Shown: positions 27,914 to 37,855 of the stretch, in pieces
Layout of the letters: each line of letters starts with the position of its first letter
Position numbering within the stretch: the first letter of the stretch is position 1
DNA from: Deferribacterales bacterium
GTDB taxonomy: Bacteria; Chrysiogenota; Deferribacteres; Deferribacterales; Geovibrionaceae
Direction: 5' to 3'
Assembly: GCA_050253075.1 (NCBI GenBank)
Contig: JBFWJS010000002.1
Location: forward strand, 448,001 to 512,000
Length of the DNA: 64,000 bases
Notes under the pieces: generated by a model
What the model was told of the DNA's origin: nothing
The model's database searches: none
What the model saw: only the letters and a program-made list of their open reading frames with translations
Program-made: the position numbers and the translations under genes

Positions 27914-30406
27914 ATGAAAGCAGTTGTAATGGCAGGGGGATTCGGCACAAGGATACAGCCGCTCACCTCCAGCATGCCGAAACCGATGATACCCGTTATG
28001 AACAAACCTATGATGGAGTACATAATAGACTCTCTGAAAGATGCAGGGATAGTCGAAATTGTCGTATTGCTCTACTTCAAACCTGAGGTGATAAAGAGCT
28101 ATTTCGGCGACGGAAGCAGCAAAGGGATAAAGATACACTATGTCCTCCCCGACGACGACTACGGCACGGCAGGCGCAGTGAAAAAAGCCCAGAAGTACCT
28201 CGACGAGAGGTTCATCATCGTCTCGGGCGACCTCATCACAGATTTCTCCATACAGGAGATCATCGGCTTTCACGATGTTAAAGACTCAAAAGCTACGATA
28301 ACACTTACATCAGTGCCCGACCCGCTGCAGTTCGGCGTGGTGATAACAGACAAAGAGAGCAAGATCGTCAGATTCCTCGAAAAACCGGGCTGGGGCGAGG
28401 TTTTCAGCGATACTATCAATACAGGCATATACGTCTTCGAGCCGGAGATACTAGACTTCATCCCCGAAGACAGCAATTTCGACTTTTCCAAAGACCTCTT
28501 CCCTAAGCTGATGTCCAGCGGGATAGACCTCTTCGGCTATAATGCAAAGGGCTACTGGAGAGACGTGGGCAACCCCGACTCCTACCGTGCCGCACTGCTC
28601 GACATACTGAACGAGGCTGTCACACTCCCCCTTGCGGGCAAAGAGGAAAAGATGCCCGAGGCGACAGTTTACATGGGCGAAGATGTAGTGATAGATAAAT
28701 CCGCAAAGCTCGAAGGGCTCGTCGTCCTAGGCGACGGATGCGAGATAGGAAAAGAAGCCGTAGTGAAAAACTCTGTGCTGGCAGCAGGATGTAAAGTCGG
28801 CGATCACGCAGTAGTGGAAAACTCTATCCTCTGGAAAGAAGTCCAGATAGGCAAAAACTCCGATCTGGCAAACACCGTACTGTGCAACAACGTCAAAATC
28901 GGCGCAGGCGTAAAAGCCGAGCACGGCGTCATCATCGCCGAGCAGACAGAGGTCGGTCAGCACGTAATATTTGAAAAAGACATAATGGTATGGCCCGAAA
29001 AGCAGATAGAGGAAGGCTCTATAGTAAGCTCAAACCTCATCTGGGGCGATAAATGGAAGAAATCGATCTTTGAAGGGGGCAAGGTATCCGCCAGAACAAA
29101 CGTGGAGCTATCCCCTGACCTGGCGGCGAAGCTGGGTGCGGCCCTCGGAAGCCAGCTCCCCACAGGCAGCCGTGTGCTGATGTCCAGAGACTATGACAAG
29201 GCTTCCCGAATGCTGAAAAGATGCTTCCTCGGCGGTCTCCTCTCCACAGGGGTGAACGTGACGGAGCTCCATATGACTCCGCTCCCCGTCATGAGACACA
29301 AGCTAAGCATGTTCGGCGAGATAGCGGGCGTATACTTCCGCCAGTGCCAGACAGACCCGACAAACACAGAGATACTATTCTATGACGAAACAGCAATGGC
29401 TATAGACAGCGGACTGGAAAAGAATGTCGAGCGCATCTTCTTCCGTGAGAACTTCCGCCGTTCCACCCACGAGGACATAGGCGAGATATACGACCAGCTC
29501 ATGGTGGGCGAGTTCTATAAAGAAGGCGTGCTGAAAAACATCGACATACCTCTCATAAAAACACGCAGACAGAAGATAGTCGTTGACCTGCTGAACGGCA
29601 CCACAGACGGCATCTATCCCGAACTGCTTAATAAAATAGGCGTGGACGCTGTCGTCCTCAACGCATACAGAGACGAGACAAAGCTCTCGAGAACCATGCA
29701 CCAGATAGAGCGTTCCTTCAGGGAAGTTAGCGAGATCGTCAAGGTGACAGAGTCCAAGATAGGATTCGTGATATACCCTCACGGCGAGAGGCTCGGCATC
29801 GTCACCGAAAACGGCGAGATACTGAAAGAGGATCTGGCACTCATGTTCCTCCTCAAGCTGATAGATGTATCTCTGAAATCAAAGAAAAAGGTATATCTCC
29901 CTGCATATGCGCCGACCATCCTCGACGATCAGCTGATGAACATCGAGATAGTCAGAGGCAAGCTGACAGGGGTAAAGGCGGACTATCTGCGCAGCTTCCA
30001 CTTCACAGGGGACATGAACCGCAACTATACATTCCTCGAAAACAGCACAAACGCAGACGCCATGTACAGCTCCATAAAGATACTGGAGATGCTCTCAAGG
30101 CAGAATGTGGAGATAGGCGACGTGCTGAAGACCATCCCTGTCTATCAGTACAGCCACACGGTAATCAACTGTCCTCTGGAGGCAAAGGGATTCCTCATGA
30201 GGAAGATGAGCGAAGACGCTATGGACAAAGAAGCGTCTTTCCTCGACGGTATAAAGATAATATTTAAAAACAAGGGCTGGGTGCACATGGTGCCCGACCA
30301 ATACACCGCAAATGTCCACCTCTATGTAGAAGCAGCGACAGAGAAGGACTATAAAGCTATCCATTCAGAATATAAGGATAAGATCAACAACTGGCTGCAG
30401 GAGTAG
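27914..30406 (+). CDS. Sugar-1-phosphate nucleotidyltransferase / hexapeptide / phosphomutase-like fusion (mannose-1-phosphate guanylyltransferase-like)
   Basis: AGGFGTRIQPLT..PKPM, GDL, FLEKP, NTGIY, YWRDVG; left-handed beta-helix repeats; C-terminal PGM/PMM-like fold. Confidence 0.85.
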   Translation: MKAVVMAGGFGTRIQPLTSSMPKPMIPVMNKPMMEYIIDSLKDAGIVEIVVLLYFKPEVIKSYFGDGSSKGIKIHYVLPDDDYGTAGAVKKAQKYLDERFIIVSGDLITDFSIQEIIGFHDVKDSKATITLTSVPDPLQFGVVITDKESKIVRFLEKPGWGEVFSDTINTGIYVFEPEILDFIPEDSNFDFSKDLFPKLMSSGIDLFGYNAKGYWRDVGNPDSYRAALLDILNEAVTLPLAGKEEKMPEATVYMGEDVVIDKSAKLEGLVVLGDGCEIGKEAVVKNSVLAAGCKVGDHAVVENSILWKEVQIGKNSDLANTVLCNNVKIGAGVKAEHGVIIAEQTEVGQHVIFEKDIMVWPEKQIEEGSIVSSNLIWGDKWKKSIFEGGKVSARTNVELSPDLAAKLGAALGSQLPTGSRVLMSRDYDKASRMLKRCFLGGLLSTGVNVTELHMTPLPVMRHKLSMFGEIAGVYFRQCQTDPTNTEILFYDETAMAIDSGLEKNVERIFFRENFRRSTHEDIGEIYDQLMVGEFYKEGVLKNIDIPLIKTRRQKIVVDLLNGTTDGIYPELLNKIGVDAVVLNAYRDETKLSRTMHQIERSFREVSEIVKVTESKIGFVIYPHGERLGIVTENGEILKEDLALMFLLKLIDVSLKSKKKVYLPAYAPTILDDQLMNIEIVRGKLTGVKADYLRSFHFTGDMNRNYTFLENSTNADAMYSSIKILEMLSRQNVEIGDVLKTIPVYQYSHTVINCPLEAKGFLMRKMSEDAMDKEASFLDGIKIIFKNKGWVHMVPDQYTANVHLYVEAATEKDYKAIHSEYKDKINNWLQE

Positions 30407-30411
30407 CAAGT

Positions 30412-32493
30412 ATGAAAAAGCTGAGGCTCTGCTTTCTATGGCATATGCACCAGCCATATTACAAAGATGATCTCGACGGTTCATACCACATGCCCTGGGT
30501 CTATCTGCACGGGCTGAAGGATTATTATGAGCTGCCTTATTACCATAAGCTATACAGCAGGCTAAAGGGGACGTATAACCTCGTCCCCTCTCTTTTGATA
30601 CAGCTGAAAGACTATGAAAAGACAGATGCGGCAGACATCTACATCCAGATGATGCTGAAGGATGCCTCCATCCTCACCACCGAGGAAAAGGAGATACTCA
30701 TCCCGCAGCTCTTCATGGCGAATTATAAAAACATGGTAACGCCCCTGCGCAGATACAAAGAGCTGTACGACCGCAAGGGGGACACGGACATCTTTAACAC
30801 CGCAAGGCTGAACTATTCCGACGAAGAGATAACAGACATGACAGTGCTGTATCTCATAAGCTGGTGCGGAGTCTATACCCGTGAGAATCTCGAGATAATA
30901 AGCAGACTTATCAGCAAGGGACGCCATTTCTCATATGAAGAAAAGATTGAGCTGATAGAGGCTCTGGCGGAGTTCACCGCCGACATACTGCCCCTTTATA
31001 AAGAGCTTCAGGCTGAGGGGAAGATAGAGGTTTCGGCTACGCCGTTTTACCACCCTATCCTGCCCATACTGCTGGAGCCGAAGAGCGCAAAGGAAGCTCT
31101 CCCTCAGATAACTATGGCGAGCATCGGCACGGACTTTTCCGAAGATGCGAAATATCACGTCAGGAGCGCAGTGGAATATTACGAGGCTGAATTCGGACAG
31201 AAGCCCCGAGGTATGTGGCCCGCCGAAGGGAGCATAAGCGAAAAGGCTGCGGCACTCTTCGCCGAAAACGGGGTCAGATGGATAGCCTCAGATGAGGATG
31301 TCCTGGCAGGCTCAATAGGCATGGATCTGCGTGACGAAGACAACCGTAAAATACTTTATAAAAAACACATATTCCCATCCACAGGCGGGGATATAAATAT
31401 ATTTTTCCGAGACAAGGAGCTCTCCGACCTTATCGGCTTCACATACTCAGGATGGGACGCTGAAAAGGCCGTGGACGACTTTATGGATAAGCTGTCGGAC
31501 ATATTCGACAGATGCGACTTCTCCCCTATCGTGCCTGTGATACTGGACGGTGAGAACGCATGGGAGTTTTACCCCGAAAATGCGAACAAGTTCTTCACCC
31601 TGCTCTACAGCAGGCTGGAGGCATGCAACTGGATAGAGACTCTCACCATGTCTGAGGCGTGCGAAAGCGATACGCCGGAACACCGCCCCGCAAAGATACG
31701 GGCGGGCTCGTGGATATACGCCAACTTCACCACATGGATGGGACACGCTGAAAAGAATGAGGGATGGAGACTGTTAGCCGATGCGCATAAACGCTTTCAG
31801 GCGAAGAAGTCTACCCTCGAAAATACTGCACAGATACAGAAAGAGCTGTATATCGCAGAGGGCTCGGACTGGTTCTGGTGGTATGGCGACGACCATTTCA
31901 GCCTTCAGTCGGACACATTCGACAAGCTCTTCCGAGGGCATCTGGCAAATATATACGAGCTGATGGGTGAAAAGGTCCCCGCTGATATCACAAAGCCTAT
32001 CAAAAAGAGCCACAAAACGGGACTTCTGAAAAAGCCCGCAACACTCTTCACCCCGAAGCTGGACGGACGTGTCACCAGCTTTTACGAATGGATAGGCGCC
32101 GGGAAATTTGACCTGAAATTCGACGCAGGAGCAATGACCGCATCGGGCAACACCCTCGAGATACTCTACTTCGGATATGACGAAGAAAAGCTGTATCTCA
32201 GGATAGACGGGTCTTTCAGCCGAGTGCTGAACATGGACTATGAGCTCGAGGCGGAGATAACCACGGACACCACACGGACATTCGCTTTCCCTATGAAGGA
32301 GGAGGCGGAGCACAGCCGTGTTAATGAGATATTTGAAGCGGAGATACCGCTCAGCGAGCTGGGCGCAGATATAGAGACGGCGGACATCATCTTCCGTCTT
32401 AAAAAAGGGCGCACCGTCGTAGAGGTTGCCCCGCTTTACAACAGCGTACAGATAGACTTTCAGCCAAACTTTGAACAGGACTGGCTGGCATAG
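30412..32493 (+). CDS. GH57 glycoside hydrolase (amylopullulanase-like)
   Basis: LWHMHQP, PFYHPILP, GMWPAEG nucleophile, ILDGENAWE, AEGSDWFWW. Confidence 0.9.
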   Translation: MKKLRLCFLWHMHQPYYKDDLDGSYHMPWVYLHGLKDYYELPYYHKLYSRLKGTYNLVPSLLIQLKDYEKTDAADIYIQMMLKDASILTTEEKEILIPQLFMANYKNMVTPLRRYKELYDRKGDTDIFNTARLNYSDEEITDMTVLYLISWCGVYTRENLEIISRLISKGRHFSYEEKIELIEALAEFTADILPLYKELQAEGKIEVSATPFYHPILPILLEPKSAKEALPQITMASIGTDFSEDAKYHVRSAVEYYEAEFGQKPRGMWPAEGSISEKAAALFAENGVRWIASDEDVLAGSIGMDLRDEDNRKILYKKHIFPSTGGDINIFFRDKELSDLIGFTYSGWDAEKAVDDFMDKLSDIFDRCDFSPIVPVILDGENAWEFYPENANKFFTLLYSRLEACNWIETLTMSEACESDTPEHRPAKIRAGSWIYANFTTWMGHAEKNEGWRLLADAHKRFQAKKSTLENTAQIQKELYIAEGSDWFWWYGDDHFSLQSDTFDKLFRGHLANIYELMGEKVPADITKPIKKSHKTGLLKKPATLFTPKLDGRVTSFYEWIGAGKFDLKFDAGAMTASGNTLEILYFGYDEEKLYLRIDGSFSRVLNMDYELEAEITTDTTRTFAFPMKEEAEHSRVNEIFEAEIPLSELGADIETADIIFRLKKGRTVVEVAPLYNSVQIDFQPNFEQDWLA

Positions 32494-32528
32494 CGGGCAG
32501 TGCCCGCAAGCAAAATAAACTGCATATC

Positions 32529-32589
32529 GTCATCCTGAGCAAAGCGAAGGATCTGAAACTGATAGATTCTTCGTTGCACTCAGAATGAC
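32529..32589. repeat. Palindromic intergenic repeat (GTCATCCTGAG...CTCAGAATGAC family), copy 1
   Basis: GTCATCCTGAGCAAAGCGAAGGATCT..AGATTCTTCG..CTCAGAATGAC. Confidence 0.8.
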
Positions 32590-32613
32590 TCTTAAACGGA
32601 GACAAATATAAAC

Positions 32614-34662
32614 ATGAGCAAACTGCCTATACATCTCGGGATACACTGCCACCAGCCGGTGGAGAACTTTTACCATGTGGTCGACCATGCGGTGGAGCGG
32701 AGCTACCTGCCGTATTTCGAAGTGGCACTGTCAAAGCCCGATTTCAGATTCAGCATACACTACAGCGGATGGCTGCTCGAATATATAAAGAACAACCACA
32801 GCAAGCTCTTCAGCATGATGAAGCAGGCTGCGAAAAGCGGACAGGCGGAGTTCTTCTCCGGCGGATACTACGAGCCCGTGCTCGCATCCATCCCGTCCAT
32901 AGACCGAAAGGAACAGATAAAGAAGCTGAACGGCTTCATCGAAGATAATTTCAACGTCAGTCCAAAGGGGCTCTGGCTCACCGAAAGGGTGTGGGACAGC
33001 TCGATAATCCCCGACTGTGCCGAATGCGGTATAGAGTATGTGATAGTGGACGACTACCACTTTGTCGCTGCGGGCTTTTACGAATCTATGCTCCACGCAC
33101 ACTTCAAGACGGAGCAGGACGGGTGCGAGATGCTCATCTTCCCCATCAGCGAAAAGCTGCGCTACCTAACCCCATTCCGCCCGGCGAAAGACGTGAGCGC
33201 ATATGTAAAAGAAGTGCGTGACGCAGGGGGCAAGTCCATAACCATCTTCGACGACGGAGAGAAATTCGGGCTATGGCCTGAGACATACGAATGGGTTTAT
33301 GAAAAAGGATGGCTCTCTGACTTCATAGACGAGATAGTCGAATCAGACCACAGCAGATTCGCCCTCTTCCGTGACACGGTAAGGGAGCAAAGACCTGCAC
33401 AGATAGCCTATCTGCCGACGGTCTCATACTTCGAGATGGGTGAATGGTCGCTCTTCGCCGAGCGTACCGAAAAGATGGAAGAGCTGGTCAAAGAGATTGA
33501 AAAGACCCACGAGGACGACACGGCAAAGGTATTTGTAAAGGGGGGGATATGGAAAAACTTCCTTGTGAAATACCCCGAGTCGAACCGCATACATAAACGC
33601 ACCGTCAGCCTCAGCAGAAAGGCGAACGAAGCGGGCGACCCTGCCCTGCTGGATGCGCTGTATAAAGCTCAGTGTAACGATGTGCTCTGGCACGGGATAT
33701 TCGGCGGGCTCTATCTGCCGAACCTGAGAAACAACGCATACAGATTTATCATCGAGGCGGAGAAACGCTATGAAGAGGTCGCAAAGCTGACGAAACCCAG
33801 CGTGGAGACGGGCGACTTCGACTTTGACGGATATGACGAGGCATACATGAGGGGCGAGAACATAAACTTCATGTTCGTATCCCGTGACGGCGGACAGGTC
33901 GTCGCCATAGAGGATAAGGAGAACTGCTTCAACTTTCAAAACACCCTCTCCCGCAGGAAAGAGGCATACCACGAAAAGCTCTTTGCAGAGCCCGAGGGAG
34001 CAGAGCAGACAACAGCCGAAGAAACAGACGAAGATGCCATAGCCACCATCCACGACAGCGGACCAAAGGTGGACGAGGAATACAAGAAATACCTCGTATA
34101 CGACTGGTATAACAAAAACAGTTTCATAGACCACTTCGTCCCCGATTTCCTCCTTGAGGAATTCGAAAATGTCACCTTCGCCGAGATGGGCGACTTCGTC
34201 AATCAGCCTGCGGAGATGAAAGCCGGGAAAACATCCGTGACATTCACCCGTGAAGGCGGACTGTATATGGACGGAACAAAGCACGGCACATCGGTGAAAA
34301 AGACTTATAAATCAATGAAAAACGGGCTGAGCTTTGAGATAGATATAAATAGTGAGACGGAAGCGACATATGTTCTCGAGCTGAACCTGCACTTTAACAA
34401 CATGTCGGGAGCTGAGATCAACGGAGAACCTTTATCAGATGAGGGTTACGCTCCTTCGAAAACTTTTATAATAAAGGACACAAACACTCCAAAAAGTGTT
34501 AAGATAGAATTTGATCAGCCGACTGAGCTTTTCACATATATTACAAAGACCCTGTCCCAGTCCGAAAGCGGCGCAGACCTCACCGATCAGGGGATATGTC
34601 TGCTGATACCTTTCAGGATGCAGGGCGGGCTGAACGTGAAAGGGAAGCTGGAGATCATATAG
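32614..34662 (+). CDS. GH57 alpha-amylase / 4-alpha-glucanotransferase
   Basis: HCHQP, GGYYEPVL, GLWLTERVW, DDGEKFG, AQCNDVLWHG, SQSESG. Confidence 0.9.
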   Translation: MSKLPIHLGIHCHQPVENFYHVVDHAVERSYLPYFEVALSKPDFRFSIHYSGWLLEYIKNNHSKLFSMMKQAAKSGQAEFFSGGYYEPVLASIPSIDRKEQIKKLNGFIEDNFNVSPKGLWLTERVWDSSIIPDCAECGIEYVIVDDYHFVAAGFYESMLHAHFKTEQDGCEMLIFPISEKLRYLTPFRPAKDVSAYVKEVRDAGGKSITIFDDGEKFGLWPETYEWVYEKGWLSDFIDEIVESDHSRFALFRDTVREQRPAQIAYLPTVSYFEMGEWSLFAERTEKMEELVKEIEKTHEDDTAKVFVKGGIWKNFLVKYPESNRIHKRTVSLSRKANEAGDPALLDALYKAQCNDVLWHGIFGGLYLPNLRNNAYRFIIEAEKRYEEVAKLTKPSVETGDFDFDGYDEAYMRGENINFMFVSRDGGQVVAIEDKENCFNFQNTLSRRKEAYHEKLFAEPEGAEQTTAEETDEDAIATIHDSGPKVDEEYKKYLVYDWYNKNSFIDHFVPDFLLEEFENVTFAEMGDFVNQPAEMKAGKTSVTFTREGGLYMDGTKHGTSVKKTYKSMKNGLSFEIDINSETEATYVLELNLHFNNMSGAEINGEPLSDEGYAPSKTFIIKDTNTPKSVKIEFDQPTELFTYITKTLSQSESGADLTDQGICLLIPFRMQGGLNVKGKLEII

Positions 34663-34669
34663 GTGATAA

Positions 34670-35689
34670 ATGTCTGAACTGAGATACGACCCCGTAAAAC
34701 AGATATGGTCTGTTATAGCCACAGACAGGAGCAGGAAGCCTGACGACTTCCTTGTGAAGAGACTCCTTTTCCGTCAGGACGAGGTCTCTGTGTGCCCTTT
34801 TTGTGTGGGGAATGAAGATAAAGCAGGAAAAGAGATATACGCACTGAAAGACGGTGACGAATGGCTGACCCGTGTGGTGCCGAACAGATATCCCGCTTTC
34901 CGCATCGAAGGCGAGCTGAAACGCACTGGACACGGCATATATGACGCCGTGAATGCCATAGGCGCACACGAGGTGGTGATAGAGACACCGAAGCACTGCG
35001 TACATCCGGGGAATTATACAGAGGATGTTTTATACAACCTCTTTTACACATTTAAAGAGCGCATGAATGACCTTAAGAAAGACATGAGATTCCGCTATAT
35101 CATGCCTTTTAAAAACTATGGACTGCTGGCGGGCTCTGCCATAGAGCATCCGCACTCGCAGATAATCGCACTGCCTGTCACGCCGAATGTGGTGAAGACA
35201 AAGCTGGCAGCAGCACTGGCGCATTACCAGAGCAAGGAACGCTGCCTCTTCTGCGATATACTCGATCAGGAGCGGAGCGAGAATAAAAGGATAATATACG
35301 AAAATCAGGACTTCGTGGCTTTCTGCCCGTATGCTTCGGCACTGCCGTTCGAAGTGAACATATACCCGAAACGGCACAGTCATTGCTTTGCAACAAGTGA
35401 TGAGGGAGAGCTCACGGGGCTGGCTGATATCACGAAGGAGATTTTCAACAGGCTTTACAACTGTTTGGAAGATCCTCCGTTTAATATGGTGGTGCATACT
35501 TCACCACCGGTGGTCAAAAGACCATCACAGCCGGGCTACTGGACCAGCATAAAAGAGGACTTCCACTGGCATATAGAGATAACCCCGAGACTGTCGGGAG
35601 TGGCAGGATTCGAGACGGGAACAGGCTTTTACATCAACTCGGTCGCACCGGAAAGCGCGGCAGAGTTTCTCCGAGGTGCGGATAAGTGA
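34670..35689 (+). CDS. galT: GalT-like hexose-1-phosphate nucleotidyltransferase (HIT superfamily)
   Basis: ELRYDP, CPFC, VVPNRYP, HEVVIETP, HPHSQ active site, HWHIEI. Confidence 0.85.
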   Translation: MSELRYDPVKQIWSVIATDRSRKPDDFLVKRLLFRQDEVSVCPFCVGNEDKAGKEIYALKDGDEWLTRVVPNRYPAFRIEGELKRTGHGIYDAVNAIGAHEVVIETPKHCVHPGNYTEDVLYNLFYTFKERMNDLKKDMRFRYIMPFKNYGLLAGSAIEHPHSQIIALPVTPNVVKTKLAAALAHYQSKERCLFCDILDQERSENKRIIYENQDFVAFCPYASALPFEVNIYPKRHSHCFATSDEGELTGLADITKEIFNRLYNCLEDPPFNMVVHTSPPVVKRPSQPGYWTSIKEDFHWHIEITPRLSGVAGFETGTGFYINSVAPESAAEFLRGADK

Positions 35690-37113
35690 AGATAGCTATC
35701 GTATCGAGCGAGGTGACACCCTTCTCCAGAACAGGGATACTGGGTGATTCTGTCGGCGGACTGGCGAAAGGGCTGGCGCAGAACGGACACTCTGTCCATG
35801 TCATTGCGCCCAGATATCTGTGTCTGGACGATACGAAATGCGGATGCCAGCCGGAGGGCGAACTGACCGTCACTGCGGGGCATAACACCTTTACCTTTCA
35901 GATACTGAAAACTATCAGAGACGGCGTGGAATACGTCTTTCTGAAAAATGACGAGCTGTACGCCAGAAGGCACATATACGGCTCTGGCGATTTCGACTAT
36001 AGCGACAACGACATACGCTTCGGCATGTTTTCCCTCGCCTCACTGGAATATATGCGAAGGTCACATCTGAATGCGGATATAATACACTGCCATGAATGGC
36101 CTACGGGGCTCGTACCCGTTTACCGAAACCTTTTCTATGACGATATCACGGCGAAGATGGTCTTCACCGCACACGACATCTCATTTCAGGGGATATTCGG
36201 TAAATTCAGCGTACAGGAGCTCGGACTGCCGTGGAAAGTGTATAACATAGAAGAGCTGGAATACTATGAGGGGATCAGCTTCCTCAAAGGCGGAATGGTG
36301 CACGCAGACTACATCACTGTGCCCAGCCCGACATATGAAAAGGACATACAGACAGAGGAATACTCGCAAGGTCTGGGGCTGCTGCTGGCGGACCTCTCCA
36401 CAAAGCTGAAAGGGATACTCGGCGGAATAGACTATGACACATACAACCCTCTGAACGACCCGCATCTGGCCGCTATGTACTGCGCTGAGAACATCGGCGC
36501 AAAACAGACGAATAAAGAAGCGTTTTTGAAAGAAACAGGTCTGAGCAATGCTTCCCGACCGCTCTTTATGGTGGATACGAAGTTCACCGAAAGGAAGGGG
36601 CTGGAGCTCATAGCGCAGTCTGCTGAGGAGCTGTCGAAGCTGGAGGCGAACTTCGCCTTTTTCGGCTACGGTGAATCGCACCTGTGCAATAAATTCAAAG
36701 AAATAGCAAACAAGCATGACAATATATTCACACATATAGGGTCTAATGAAAGACTGGTACACCTCGGCTATGGGGCTGCGGATTTCATCCTGCGTCCTTC
36801 GCAATACGAGCCGAGCGGAAACAGCCACCTGAAAGGAATGCGCTACGGTGCCCTCCCCGTGGTGAGCAAAAAAGGCGGACATATGGACTCCGTCACAGAC
36901 ATCGCAGACGGCGGATACGGCTTCTTCATCGGTGAATACAGCCGTTCGGCACTGCAGGAACAGATCAACAGGGCGATAGCATTTTTTAGTGATGCGCCTA
37001 TATTAACAGAATGCAGAAAGAGAGTGATGCAGATAGATTTTTCATGGAAAACTGCATCATTGAAATATATCGAATTATACGGGGGGTTGCTCGGAGGCTG
37101 CTATGAATCTTAA
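35686..37113 (+). CDS. Glycogen/starch synthase-like GT5 protein with divergent motifs
   Basis: SEVTPFSRTGILGD (normally KTGGLAD), DIIHCHEWPTG, PSQYEPSG, MRYGALPVV, DFSW. Confidence 0.8.
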   Translation: MKIAIVSSEVTPFSRTGILGDSVGGLAKGLAQNGHSVHVIAPRYLCLDDTKCGCQPEGELTVTAGHNTFTFQILKTIRDGVEYVFLKNDELYARRHIYGSGDFDYSDNDIRFGMFSLASLEYMRRSHLNADIIHCHEWPTGLVPVYRNLFYDDITAKMVFTAHDISFQGIFGKFSVQELGLPWKVYNIEELEYYEGISFLKGGMVHADYITVPSPTYEKDIQTEEYSQGLGLLLADLSTKLKGILGGIDYDTYNPLNDPHLAAMYCAENIGAKQTNKEAFLKETGLSNASRPLFMVDTKFTERKGLELIAQSAEELSKLEANFAFFGYGESHLCNKFKEIANKHDNIFTHIGSNERLVHLGYGAADFILRPSQYEPSGNSHLKGMRYGALPVVSKKGGHMDSVTDIADGGYGFFIGEYSRSALQEQINRAIAFFSDAPILTECRKRVMQIDFSWKTASLKYIELYGGLLGGCYES

Positions 37114-37855
37114 AACTATGAATAAAACAGAGCTCTATGAGCTGGCTAAAAAACATAATCTGCCGAACAGAAGCAGGATGACAAAGGACGAACTGGTGAA
37201 AGCACTGTCTAAGTATGAGAAGACTGTCTCACCGAAGGTCGCTCCGCAGGCGTCTTCATCCACAGTGACAAGCCACATGCCCGAAAAGCCTTTACAGCCC
37301 GAGCCCGCACGAAAGCCCGAATACCCCATACCCGACAGGTATAACCTAGACACTGTCGTGCTGCTGCCCGTGAACCCGAAAAAAGAGTACGTCTACTGGG
37401 AAGTATCCGACAAGACCGTCGGTGAATACCTCTCCAGATTCAACATACAGAGCCCCGTCTTCATCCTGAAGGTGTTTCAGTCTGACGGAGAAAATACGCA
37501 GGAGCTCGCCGGTGTGCGTGTTGAGAAATACGGCAACTGGTACTTCGACCTGTACTGCCCCGAGATGAACCTCTGGGCGGAGCTCGGCATACTGGACAGC
37601 ATGGGAAACTACTTCACCATCGCCAGCTCTAAAAAGATAAAGATGCCAAGCGACAAGGTCAGCAAAGAGATAGACAAAGAGACATGGATGACCGTCGGTG
37701 AGAAGATCGAGCAGATCTTTGAGCTTTCGGGCGTTTCCGACGTGCAGAAGGAAGAACTGCTCAGCAGTGCCCGTCTGCACACAGAGCTATTTAAAAAACT
37801 ACACGAGCAGGAGGCTCTCTCCTCCACAGCCATGCTTAGAAAAGGTGATGCATAA
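37103..37855 (+). CDS. Rho-N-like domain plus DUF4912-like protein
   Basis: N-terminal KTELYELAKKHNLPNRSRMTKDELV; IPDRY..VLLPVNP..YVYWEV..GNWYF. Confidence 0.75.
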   Translation: MNLKTMNKTELYELAKKHNLPNRSRMTKDELVKALSKYEKTVSPKVAPQASSSTVTSHMPEKPLQPEPARKPEYPIPDRYNLDTVVLLPVNPKKEYVYWEVSDKTVGEYLSRFNIQSPVFILKVFQSDGENTQELAGVRVEKYGNWYFDLYCPEMNLWAELGILDSMGNYFTIASSKKIKMPSDKVSKEIDKETWMTVGEKIEQIFELSGVSDVQKEELLSSARLHTELFKKLHEQEALSSTAMLRKGDA

